DNA from: an uncultured Candidatus Rokubacteria bacterium
GTDB taxonomy: Bacteria > Methylomirabilota > Methylomirabilia > Rokubacteriales > DASRDR01
Assembly: GCA_963708025.1 (NCBI GenBank)
Contig: CAVPSB010000012.1
Span: 320,001-384,000 of the forward strand
Length of the DNA: 64,000 nt
Reading direction: 5' to 3'
Made by a program: the position numbers and the translations under genes. This document shows, piece after piece, positions 13,296 through 21,882 of the stretch. Every line of letters starts with the position of its first letter. The stretch's first letter is position 1. A model generated the notes under the pieces. It made no database searches and had not been told where the DNA came from. It saw only the letters and a program-made list of their open reading frames with translations.

Positions 13296-14645
13296 ATGAG
13301 CGACTCCATGGAGCTCCTCGACCACTCGCTCCGCAAGCGGGGCGTCAAGTACTGTCTGGCCAGTTACGTCGATCTGCACGGCGTGTCCAAGTGCAAGGCG
13401 GTGCCGATCCCCCACCTCGGCCGGATGCTGCGGGCCTCCGAGATGTTCACGGGGGCGGCCCTCGACGGCGTCCCCCAGGCCGTCCACGACGACGAGGTGT
13501 GCGCGAAGCCGGACCCGGGCTCGGTGACGGTGCTGCCGTGGAACCCGGAGGTTGCCTGGTTCGCGAGCGACCTCCAGCTCCACGGCGCGCCCTTCGAGGG
13601 GTGCAGCCGGGGCATCCTCCGGCGGGCGCTGGCCCAGGCCGCCGACATGGGATTCCGCTTCAACCTCGGCATCGAGACCGAGTTCTGCGTCTTCCGCCGC
13701 ACCGCCGACGGCGGGTTCGCGGTCCCCAGCGAGCGCGACGCGCTCGACAAGCCGGCCTATGACGTGCGGACGCTTCTGGACTACTACCCGTTCCTCGACG
13801 AGCTGGTGGGGGCGATGAACCGACTCGGCTGGGACGTCTTCTCCTTCGACCACGAGGACGCGCCCGGGCAGTTCGAGACCGACTTCGCCTATGCCGACGC
13901 GCTCGTCATGGCCGATCGCTTCACGTTCTTCCGCTTCATGGCCCACGAGATCGCGCGGAAGCACGGGGCCTTCGCCAGCTTCATGCCGAAGCCTCTGGCG
14001 AACCGCACCGGGAGCGGGGCCCACTTCAACATGTCGCTGGCCGACCTCCGCACCGGGGAAAACCTCTTCGAGGACCAGGCCGATCCCCGGGGGTGCGGCC
14101 TGTCCAAGCTCGGCTACCAGTTCATCGCCGGCGTCCTGCGCCACGCCCGGGCGATCTGCGCGGTGGCGGCGCCGCTGGTCAACAGCTACAAGCGGCTCGT
14201 GCTCAAGGGCAGCATGTCCGGTTACACGTGGGCGCCGGTCTACGTCTGCTACGGCGGGAACAACCGGACCAACATGCTGCGCATCCCGATGGGGGGCGGC
14301 CGCGTCGAGTGCCGAGCGCCGGACATCGCCTGCAACCTCTACCTGGCCGCGGCCATGATGGTGACGGCCGGGCTGGAGGGCATCCGGGAAGCCCTCGATC
14401 CCGGGGCGCCCCACATGGAGAACATGTACGAGTACTCGGAAGCCGACCTCCAGCGGCTCGGCATCGGGGTGCTCCCGCGCACGCTCCTGGAAGCCGTGGA
14501 GGCCTTCGCGGCCGACCCGCTGAGCCGCGACGTCTTCGGGGACCTGCTGTACGGGGCCTTCATCGACTTCAAGCGCCGGGAGTGGGCCGACTACCACAAC
14601 CACGTCTCCGACTGGGAACTCAAGCGTTACCTCACGATGTTCTGA
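13296..14645 (+). CDS. glnT: Type III (GlnT/GmaS-like) glutamate-amine ligase
   Basis: YVDLHGVSKCKAVP, GIETEF, DHEDAPGQFE, FMPKP...GSGAH and GGNNRTNMLRIP motifs; GGGAGG RBS. Confidence 0.8.
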   Translation: MSDSMELLDHSLRKRGVKYCLASYVDLHGVSKCKAVPIPHLGRMLRASEMFTGAALDGVPQAVHDDEVCAKPDPGSVTVLPWNPEVAWFASDLQLHGAPFEGCSRGILRRALAQAADMGFRFNLGIETEFCVFRRTADGGFAVPSERDALDKPAYDVRTLLDYYPFLDELVGAMNRLGWDVFSFDHEDAPGQFETDFAYADALVMADRFTFFRFMAHEIARKHGAFASFMPKPLANRTGSGAHFNMSLADLRTGENLFEDQADPRGCGLSKLGYQFIAGVLRHARAICAVAAPLVNSYKRLVLKGSMSGYTWAPVYVCYGGNNRTNMLRIPMGGGRVECRAPDIACNLYLAAAMMVTAGLEGIREALDPGAPHMENMYEYSEADLQRLGIGVLPRTLLEAVEAFAADPLSRDVFGDLLYGAFIDFKRREWADYHNHVSDWELKRYLTMF

Positions 14646-14790
14646 GAGCGCGAAGGAATCGGGTTGTCCGGCTCCCCCCTCCCCCGGTGGCCGCCGGAGG
14701 GGCGGGACGTCGCGAGGGCCGTAGGCCCGAGCCGTCCCGGCGATCCGGTCGAACGGGAGGGGGGCTGGGGGGGTAGGTGGGAGGTCCCGA
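14643..14790 (+). repeat. Intergenic repeat family C, copy 2 (nested GGGCCGTAGGCCC hairpin, module D)
   Basis: Same ends as the other C copies, with a long insertion in the central loop. Confidence 0.85.
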
Positions 14791-14793
14791 TCG

Positions 14794-15882
14794 ATGGTGA
14801 TGACAGTGCTCGGGCCCGTGTCTCCGTCGGCGCTCGGGGTGACGCTGCCCCACGAGCACGTGCTGTGGGACATGGCGCGCACCATGTACACGCCCAGCCC
14901 TGACCCGGCGGAACGGGCCGCAGCCGAGGCGCCGCTGTCGCTCGACACGCTGTGGCGGGTCCGGGAGCGACCGCTCGAGCAGCGGGAGAACCTCGTCCAG
15001 ACCGACGAGACGGTGGCCGCGCGCGAGCTGGAGTTCTACCGGGCGGCCGGCGGCGGCGCGATCGTCGACTGCACCGTCCGCGGGCTGGCCCCGGACCCGG
15101 CCGGGCTCGCCCGCGTCTCCCGGGCGACCGGCGTGCACGTCGTCCTCGGGACCGGCTACTACGTCGCGCGGACCCATCCGCCGGACATGGCGGCCAGGCC
15201 GGTCGAGGCGATCGCCGAGGAGTTCGTGCGCGACCTCACCGAGGGGATCGACGGGACCGGGGTGCGGGCCGGCCTCATCGGCGAGCTGGGGATCGGGGGT
15301 CGGACCGCGTTCGACGGCATCGGCTCGATCGACGAGGTGGCGCCGGCCGAGCTGAAGGTGCTGCAAGCGGCGGCACGTGCCCACCGGATGAGCGGCGCCA
15401 CGATCTCCATCCATCCGCCGCGCTCGCGGGTCAAGGGCCTGCCCCGGTCCCGCCTGGCGCTGGCGGTGCTCGAGATGCTCGAGCGCGACGGGGTGGCCCC
15501 CGAGCGGGTGATCCTCGGCCACCTCGACTCGAGCTGGGAGGAGGACGTCAAGTATCACCAGGAGATCGCCCAGCGAGGAGCCTACGTCGAGTACGACGTG
15601 TGGGGCTGGAACGACCTCTACTGGCCGGCCCGTCGCGACGGCTTCCTGCACGACGCCCGCCGCGTCGAGCTGGTGGAGCGGATGCTGGACGCCGGCTGCG
15701 GCGAGCGGCTTCTCCTCGCGCACGACATTTGCACGCGACATCGCCTGCGGACCTGGGGCGGTCACGGGTACGCCTACCTCCTCGGCTTCGGGGCCGCGAT
15801 GCTGCGGGCCCACGGGATCGGCGACGCGGCGCTGCGGACGCTGATGGTCGAGAACCCGGCACGGGCACTCTCCGGGAGCTGA
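14794..15882 (+). CDS. Phosphotriesterase-homology (PHP/PTER-like) amidohydrolase
   Basis: MTVLGPV...GVTLPHEH, GTGYY, IGELG, IH, GHLD and HD metal ligands; ENPAR end. Confidence 0.88.
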   Translation: MVMTVLGPVSPSALGVTLPHEHVLWDMARTMYTPSPDPAERAAAEAPLSLDTLWRVRERPLEQRENLVQTDETVAARELEFYRAAGGGAIVDCTVRGLAPDPAGLARVSRATGVHVVLGTGYYVARTHPPDMAARPVEAIAEEFVRDLTEGIDGTGVRAGLIGELGIGGRTAFDGIGSIDEVAPAELKVLQAAARAHRMSGATISIHPPRSRVKGLPRSRLALAVLEMLERDGVAPERVILGHLDSSWEEDVKYHQEIAQRGAYVEYDVWGWNDLYWPARRDGFLHDARRVELVERMLDAGCGERLLLAHDICTRHRLRTWGGHGYAYLLGFGAAMLRAHGIGDAALRTLMVENPARALSGS

Positions 15883-16032
15883 AACTCGTGAACGACTCGA
15901 TTGCTCCGGCCCCCCCCTCCCTCCAGCCAAAGGCCGAAGGCCGTCCAACGGTGGGGGAGGGGGGCCAAAGGCCGAAGGCCGTCGCCAAAGGCCGAAGGCC
16001 GTTCGGAGGATCGGGTGGGCGGGAGGTCCCGA
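15880..16032 (+). repeat. Intergenic repeat family C, copy 3 (three module-B hairpins)
   Basis: Module B at 15927, 15965 and 15985; ends GGGAGGTCCCGA. Confidence 0.85.
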
Positions 16033-16039
16033 TCAAACC

Positions 16040-16717
16040 TTGAGATACACCTGGCAGTGGGGCGTGATCTGGGACAACTGGCACATCTTCGTGCAAGGCG
16101 CCCTCATGACCCTGTTCCTCACCGGCTCCTCGGTCGGTATCGGCCTGGTGGCCGGACTCTTCCTGGGCCTGGCCAAGCTGTCGAGCCGGCCGTGGCTGCG
16201 CATCCCGGCGTCGGTGTTCGTCGAGGTGTTTCGCGACATCCCGCTGCTGGTGCTCCTGCTCTGGATCTTCTACTGCCTGCCGATCCTCACCGGGCTCAAG
16301 ATCGACATCATCGAGTCGGCGATCCTCGGCATCTCCATCCACGCCTCGGCCTACCTGGCCGAGGTGTACCGGGCCGGGATCCAGTCGGTCGACCGCGGCC
16401 AGATGGAGTCGGCCCGGTCGCTCGGCATGTCGTTCTGGCAGGGCATGCAGCGCATCGTGCTGCCCCAGGCGATCCGCCGCATGATCCCGCCGTTCCTCAA
16501 CGTGACGGCCGACTTCATGAAGGCCTCGGCGCTGGCCTCGGTGGTCGGCGTCTGGGAGCTGCTGCGCCAGACCTCGAACCTGATCGCCAACACCTGGCGC
16601 CCGCTGGAAGCCTACACCGCGGTGGCGGTGACGTACCTGCTCCTCATCTACCCGGTCGTCTGGCTCACCGGCTACGTGGAGCGCCGGCTGGCCCGCCGGG
16701 TGGCCGCGCGAGTCTGA
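16040..16717 (+). CDS. Polar amino acid ABC transporter permease
   Basis: EVFRDIPLLV, AEVYRAGIQSVDRGQMESARSLG and LPQA motifs. Confidence 0.92.
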   Translation: MRYTWQWGVIWDNWHIFVQGALMTLFLTGSSVGIGLVAGLFLGLAKLSSRPWLRIPASVFVEVFRDIPLLVLLLWIFYCLPILTGLKIDIIESAILGISIHASAYLAEVYRAGIQSVDRGQMESARSLGMSFWQGMQRIVLPQAIRRMIPPFLNVTADFMKASALASVVGVWELLRQTSNLIANTWRPLEAYTAVAVTYLLLIYPVVWLTGYVERRLARRVAARV

Positions 16718-16732
16718 GAGCGAGACCGCCCC

Positions 16733-17521
16733 GTGCACGATCCGAGCGGGCCCGGCCAGGCCGTGATCAAGATCGAGGACCTCCACAAGTCGTTCGGGGC
16801 CCTGGAGGTCCTCAAGGGCATCGACTTCGAGGTGGACCGGGGCGAGGTCGTCTGCATCCTCGGGCCGAGCGGCTCCGGCAAGAGCACGCTGCTCCGCTGC
16901 GTCAACCTCCTCGAGGTCCCCCAGCGGGGAAGGGTCTATCTCGAGGGCAAGCTGATCGGGTTTCGCGAAGCGGGACCGGATCGGCTCGTCCGGGCCTCGG
17001 AGCGGGAGATCAACCGGGCGCGGTCGGAGATCGGCATGGTCTTCCAGCACTTCAACCTCTGGCCCCACAAGACGGTGCTGGGGAACCTCGTCGAGGCCCC
17101 GCTCCGGGTGCGGAAGCTCTCCCGCGCGGAGGCCGTGAAGCTCGCCGAGGAGCTCCTGAAGAAGGTCGGGCTGATGGACAAGATCGACGCCTTTCCCCCG
17201 ACCCTGTCCGGCGGGCAGCAGCAGCGGGTCGCCATCGCCCGGGCGCTCTGCATGCAGCCGAAGGTGATGCTCTTCGACGAGGTGACGTCGGCCCTCGACC
17301 CGGAGCTGGTCAAGGAGGTGCTGGACGTCATGAAGCAGCTCGCCGCCGAGGGCATGACGATGCTGGTCGTCACCCACGAGATGGGCTTCGCGCGCGAGGT
17401 CGCCGACCGGGTGGTGTTCATGGACGACGGGGTGGTGGTCGAGGAGGGGCAGCCGGACGTGATCTTCTCCAGTCCGGTCAACGACCGGACGCAGCGGTTC
17501 CTGGCAGCCGTCCTCCGGTGA
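16733..17521 (+). CDS. Polar amino acid ABC transporter ATPase
   Basis: [33 protein letters not shown] and THEMGFA motifs. Confidence 0.93.
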   Translation: MHDPSGPGQAVIKIEDLHKSFGALEVLKGIDFEVDRGEVVCILGPSGSGKSTLLRCVNLLEVPQRGRVYLEGKLIGFREAGPDRLVRASEREINRARSEIGMVFQHFNLWPHKTVLGNLVEAPLRVRKLSRAEAVKLAEELLKKVGLMDKIDAFPPTLSGGQQQRVAIARALCMQPKVMLFDEVTSALDPELVKEVLDVMKQLAAEGMTMLVVTHEMGFAREVADRVVFMDDGVVVEEGQPDVIFSSPVNDRTQRFLAAVLR

Positions 17522-17539
17522 CGGGTCGCCGCCGGCAGC

Positions 17540-17630
17540 TGACACCGTGCGAAGGAAGGGGGTCTTCCGGCACCCCCCTCCCCCCAGTGGGTGGGGGAGG
17601 GGGGCTGGGGGGGTGGGAGGGAGGTCCCAA
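17540..17630 (+). repeat. Intergenic repeat family C, copy 4 (no inserted module)
   Basis: CCCCCCTCCCCCCAGTGGGTGGGGGAGGGGGG hairpin followed by GGGAGGTCCCAA. Confidence 0.85.
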
Positions 17631-17683
17631 ATAACAATCAGAGCGTCCGGACCGCGTCGAGGTCCGGAGGAGAGGGGACAGCC

Positions 17684-18571
17684 ATGAGCAATCGGATGCG
17701 ACGCGAGTTCCTGAAGACGGCCGCCGCCGGCGGCGCCCTCGTGGGCGGCGGGCTCCTCACCGCCGGCGGCGGGCTCCTGAGTCCCACCCCGGCCGCCGCC
17801 CAGACGGGTGAGGACGTCCTCCAGAAGGTCATCAAGGCCAAGCAGATCAACATCGCCGTGGTCATCTACCCGCCGCTCACGATCAAGCAGGGCGGCGAGC
17901 TGTCGGGGACCTTCGTGGAGGCCGCCCGGTGGCTGGCCAAGCAGATGGACGCGACGCCCAGCTTCGTGGAGGCCGAGTTCGGCACGTTCATCGCCGCCAT
18001 CCAGTCCGGCCGGGCCGACATCGCCCTGGCCGGGTCCTTCGCCACCGTGCCGCGCGCGATGGCGGTCAACTTCACCAAGAACGTGATGTGGTTCGGCTCC
18101 AGCGCACTCGTCCGCCAGGCCGACGCCAAGAAGTGGAAGAGCATCGAGGACGCCGATCAGCCGAATGTCCGCTTCATCCAGTCCGAGGGCACCGCCATCC
18201 ACAAGCAGCTCGTCCAGCTGATAAAGAAGGGCAAGGTGATCGCGACCGCCCCCGGCACGGTGCCGGCCAACATGGCGCTCGAGGTCCTGTCCAACCGCGC
18301 CGACATCTACGTCGAGGACGACTGGCTCATCAAGAAGAACGTCGAGCAGCAGAAGGGCAAGCTGGCCGAGATGCCGGCCTACGTGGACAAGCCCTGGGGT
18401 CTGAACGCGGTGTCGTGGGCGGTGGCCAAGGGCCAGCTCAGCATGCTGAACGTGCTGAACGTCGCGGTCGATCGGCTGACCGACAACAACCTGTTCCAGC
18501 AGTGGGACGAGAAGTACGGCGCCCACTGGGCTTACAAGAAGGAAAGCTTCTACCAGTCCACCAAGGGGTAG
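17684..18571 (+). CDS. Amino acid ABC substrate-binding protein (Tat signal)
   Basis: MRREFLK Tat motif; IAAIQSGRADI family 3 SBP motif. Confidence 0.88.
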   Translation: MSNRMRREFLKTAAAGGALVGGGLLTAGGGLLSPTPAAAQTGEDVLQKVIKAKQINIAVVIYPPLTIKQGGELSGTFVEAARWLAKQMDATPSFVEAEFGTFIAAIQSGRADIALAGSFATVPRAMAVNFTKNVMWFGSSALVRQADAKKWKSIEDADQPNVRFIQSEGTAIHKQLVQLIKKGKVIATAPGTVPANMALEVLSNRADIYVEDDWLIKKNVEQQKGKLAEMPAYVDKPWGLNAVSWAVAKGQLSMLNVLNVAVDRLTDNNLFQQWDEKYGAHWAYKKESFYQSTKG

Positions 18572-18736
18572 GCGGCAGGGCCGATGAGCGTCGCATCGCG
18601 TCGTCCTCGGTCGTCGCCGATCCTCGGCGTACAAGGAGTACGCCTGCGGTCGGCGACTCCCTGCGTCCTAGCGCTGCTCGCTCCTCGGCCCTGCCACCGA
18701 GAACGTGTCATGACTTGGAACCTTCAGGGACCTTAG
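18572..18736 (+). repeat. Intergenic palindromic repeat family A, copy 2
   Basis: GGCAGGGCCGATGAGCG...GGCGTACAAGGAGTACGCC...CGCTCCTCGGCCCTGCC plus the shared tail. Confidence 0.9.
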
Positions 18737-18801
18737 AGCAAGAAGGGCGGGCGGCGCCCGGCCGGTCGGCCGGCCGGGCGCCCGTCGCGCCGTCCACGAG
18801 C

Positions 18802-20391
18802 ATGCTCGACACGGTCATCCGCGGCGGCCTCCTCTTCGACGGCTCCGCCGCGCCGCCGCGGCGCGAGGACGTCGGGATCGCCCGGGGTCGGATCGCGGCC
18901 GTCGGCCGTCTCGACGGGGTCGAGGCGGGGCGGGTGATCGACGCCGGCGGGCGGGCGGTCACCCCCGGCTTCATCGATGCCCACACGCACTCCGAGTACA
19001 CGCTCTACGCGCACCCGCCGGCCGACAGCGCCGTCGGCCAGGGCGTGACCACCCACGTCGCCGGCAACTGCGGCTACTCCTGCGCGCCGCTCACCTCGGA
19101 GGAGCTGGCCAGGCACCTGGTCCTCGGGTTCGAGCCGTCGGTCGGCGTCGCCTGGGCGAGCCTCGACGAGTACTTCTCGGCGGTCGAGCGGGCAGGGGTC
19201 GCCATCAACGTGGCCTCGCTGGTGGGTCACGGCGCGGTGCGCGCCGCCGTCATGGGACTCGCCAGCCGGACGGCGACCGACGCCGAGCTGGCGCGGATGC
19301 AATACGTGCTGGCCCAGGCGCTGGACGAGGGCGCGCTCGGCATGTCCACCGGGCTCGCCTATCCGCCGGGCAACAACGCCGACCGGCGGGAGCTGGGCGC
19401 GCTCTGCGGCGTGGTGGCCCGGCGGGGCGGCGTCCACGCCACCCACGTCCGGAATCGCGACGTGCGGTACGAGGCGGGCTTCGGCGAGGTGCTGGGGGTG
19501 ACCGAGGAGACCGGGGTGCCGCTCCAGATCTCCCACATCGTGACCAAGGTCGGGGCCCCGCCCGGCGCCACCGAGTGGGCGCTCGGGCAGGTGGAGGGCG
19601 CCCGCCGGCGCGGCCTCGACGTCGCCTGCGACATGCTGGTGTGCGAGTGGGGCCCCGGCCAGCTCAGCTCGTTCCTGCGTCCCGAGGCCTTCGAGGGCGG
19701 CCTGGCGGCGACGCTCCGGCGCCTCCGCGACCCGGGCGCCCGGGCGCGCCTCCGGCAGGCCGATCCGAGCTGGCGGATGGCACTGGACCCGACGCAGTAC
19801 GACCGGATGATCCTGGCCCGCGCGCCCCGGACCCCCGAGCTCGTCGGCCGGTCGTTCGCCGAGCTGACCCAGGCCTCGGGCAAGGACTTCCACGAGACGG
19901 CGTGCGAAATCCTCCTCGACCACGAGGACGCGCTCTACGAGGTCTTCATGCTGGGGCGCGCCTTCGAGACGGCCGACACGCTGGCCGCCCTCGCCTACCC
20001 GCACTGCATGCCGGAGTCGGACGATGTGGCGGCGGCCCCCTACGGCGTGCTGCGCCAGGCCGCGCTCACGCCGGGGTGCTACGGCTGGGCCCCGCAGTTC
20101 CTGGCCGAGATGGTGCGGGAGCGCCGGCTCCTCACCGCCGAGGAGGCCGTGCGGAAGCTGACCTCGCTGCCGGCCGACCGCTTCGGGCTCCGGGAGCGCG
20201 GCCGGCTGGCGCCGGGGTACCACGCCGACGTCGTGGTGCTCGACCTCGACCGGGTGGCGACGACCGCCACCCTCGGGGAGTTCGCCCGCCCGCCGATCGG
20301 CATCGAGCACGTGCTCGTCAACGGCACCGTCGTGGTCGAGCGCGGCCGGCACACCGGCGCGCTCCCCGGCCACGTCCTCCGGCGGAGCTGA
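18802..20391 (+). CDS. N-acyl-D-amino-acid deacylase family amidohydrolase
   Basis: PGFIDAHTH, QGVTT..GNCG, STGLAYPPG and RKLTSLPA motifs. Confidence 0.9.
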   Translation: MLDTVIRGGLLFDGSAAPPRREDVGIARGRIAAVGRLDGVEAGRVIDAGGRAVTPGFIDAHTHSEYTLYAHPPADSAVGQGVTTHVAGNCGYSCAPLTSEELARHLVLGFEPSVGVAWASLDEYFSAVERAGVAINVASLVGHGAVRAAVMGLASRTATDAELARMQYVLAQALDEGALGMSTGLAYPPGNNADRRELGALCGVVARRGGVHATHVRNRDVRYEAGFGEVLGVTEETGVPLQISHIVTKVGAPPGATEWALGQVEGARRRGLDVACDMLVCEWGPGQLSSFLRPEAFEGGLAATLRRLRDPGARARLRQADPSWRMALDPTQYDRMILARAPRTPELVGRSFAELTQASGKDFHETACEILLDHEDALYEVFMLGRAFETADTLAALAYPHCMPESDDVAAAPYGVLRQAALTPGCYGWAPQFLAEMVRERRLLTAEEAVRKLTSLPADRFGLRERGRLAPGYHADVVVLDLDRVATTATLGEFARPPIGIEHVLVNGTVVVERGRHTGALPGHVLRRS

Positions 20392-20418
20392 GGGCCGTGA
20401 GAGGTAGGCGGCGAACGA

Positions 20419-20520
20419 CCCGGAGGGGGGGACCGGGGCGCCCGGAGGGACGCGGCGCACCGAGGGCCGTAGGCCCGAGGCGCCGCGGCGAGCTGGATGG
20501 GCGCGCAGCTCCCCCCCGGC
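20419..20520 (+). repeat. Long nested intergenic hairpin with module D at its apex
   Basis: CCGGAGGGGGG...CGCGGCGC..CGAGGGCCGTAGGCCCGAG.GCGCCGCG...CCCCCCCGG; module D is identical to 14713-14731. Confidence 0.7.
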
Positions 20521-20533
20521 CCGAATAGCAACC

Positions 20534-21517
20534 ATGGCGGTCCTGGTCACCGGCGGCCTGGGCGTGCTGGGCTCGATGGTCAGCGAGGCGCTGGTCGCGC
20601 GTGGCGAGCGGCCCGTCCTCTACGCCCGCCACCTCGACCGCTCGCTGATGCCGCCGGAGGTGATGGACCGGGTGGAGTACGTGCGGGGCGACGTCCTCGA
20701 CCTCCCCAACCTCGTCCACGCGATCCGGGCCCACCGGGTCAGCCGGATCGTCCACATGGCGGCGCTCCTGATCGGCGAGTGCCAGGCGAATCCCTGGCTC
20801 GGCTTCAAGGTCAACGCCGAGGGCGCGGTCAACGTGTTCGAGGCCGCCCGCATGACCGACGTCGCCCGCGTCGTCTACACCAGCTCGAAGTCGGTGTACG
20901 GGGCGGTCGGCGGCGTCCACGGCCACCCCACGTACGCGCCGCTGCCGGAAGACGCGCCGAAGAACCCGGTCCGCGTCTACGACGTGACGAAGCTGGCCGG
21001 CGAGCACATGGCGCAGAACTACGTGGCGAGCTTCGGGCTCGACGTGGTGACGCTCCGGTTCGCGTCAACGTTCGGCCCCGGCAAGCTCATCCGCCACGGC
21101 CCGGTGTCCTGGCACAGCCGGCTGGTCGAGAACGCGCTGGCCGGGCGGCCGGCCCGGCTGCCCCAGGGCGGAGACCAGCCGGACGACATGATCTATCACC
21201 GGGACATCGCGGAGGCGATCGTCCTCGCCTGCTACGCGGAGCGGCTCGAGCACCGGGTGTTCAACGTCGGGCGCGGCGAGCCGGCGACGATGCGGGAGTT
21301 CGCCGCCGCGGTGGGCCGGGTGATCCCGGGCGCGGAGATCGAGGTCGGCCCCGGCCTCGACTACTACGGCAGCGGCATCCCCTACTACTCGGTCTACGAC
21401 ATCGGCCGGGCGCGAAAGGAGCTGGGCTTCGCGCCGCGGTTCGACCTGGAGGCGGGGATCCGCGACTACATCGCCACCATGCGACGGCTGGGCCTCGCGC
21501 CCACGGTCGTCGCGTAA
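20534..21517 (+). CDS. NAD-dependent epimerase/dehydratase (extended SDR)
   Basis: TGGLGVLG, HMAA and YDVTK motifs. Confidence 0.9.
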   Translation: MAVLVTGGLGVLGSMVSEALVARGERPVLYARHLDRSLMPPEVMDRVEYVRGDVLDLPNLVHAIRAHRVSRIVHMAALLIGECQANPWLGFKVNAEGAVNVFEAARMTDVARVVYTSSKSVYGAVGGVHGHPTYAPLPEDAPKNPVRVYDVTKLAGEHMAQNYVASFGLDVVTLRFASTFGPGKLIRHGPVSWHSRLVENALAGRPARLPQGGDQPDDMIYHRDIAEAIVLACYAERLEHRVFNVGRGEPATMREFAAAVGRVIPGAEIEVGPGLDYYGSGIPYYSVYDIGRARKELGFAPRFDLEAGIRDYIATMRRLGLAPTVVA

Positions 21518-21531
21518 CGAAGGGGAGAGAC

Positions 21532-21882
21532 ATGGCGGACGCACCGAAGGACGGGATCTGGGTGACCCGGGTCGTGCACCACAAGGCGCGAGCCGGCAAG
21601 GAGGCGCGCTTCCTCGAGATGATGCGGGCGGTCCGGGCCGCCTGGCAGAAGCAGCTCCCCGAGATCAGCGTGCGGATCTATCGCTCGGCGACGGCCGAGC
21701 GCGGCGTCTACATGGCGCTGGTCCGGTTCCGGGCCGAGAACCTCCATCACTTCTACGACTGGTCGGGCGCGGCGCTGGAGCGCGAGTGGGGGAAGAAGGA
21801 GGCCGACACCTTCCTGGCCGAGTACTACGGCTGCCTGGAGGACTCGCGGCAGGTGGCGGTGGTCACCGAGGCCGACGCGTGA
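21532..21882 (+). CDS. Small protein, possible dimeric alpha-beta barrel (ABM-like)
   Basis: RBS AAGGGGAG; VHHKARAGKEARFLE pattern; GTGA overlap with the next gene. Confidence 0.6.
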   Translation: MADAPKDGIWVTRVVHHKARAGKEARFLEMMRAVRAAWQKQLPEISVRIYRSATAERGVYMALVRFRAENLHHFYDWSGAALEREWGKKEADTFLAEYYGCLEDSRQVAVVTEADA

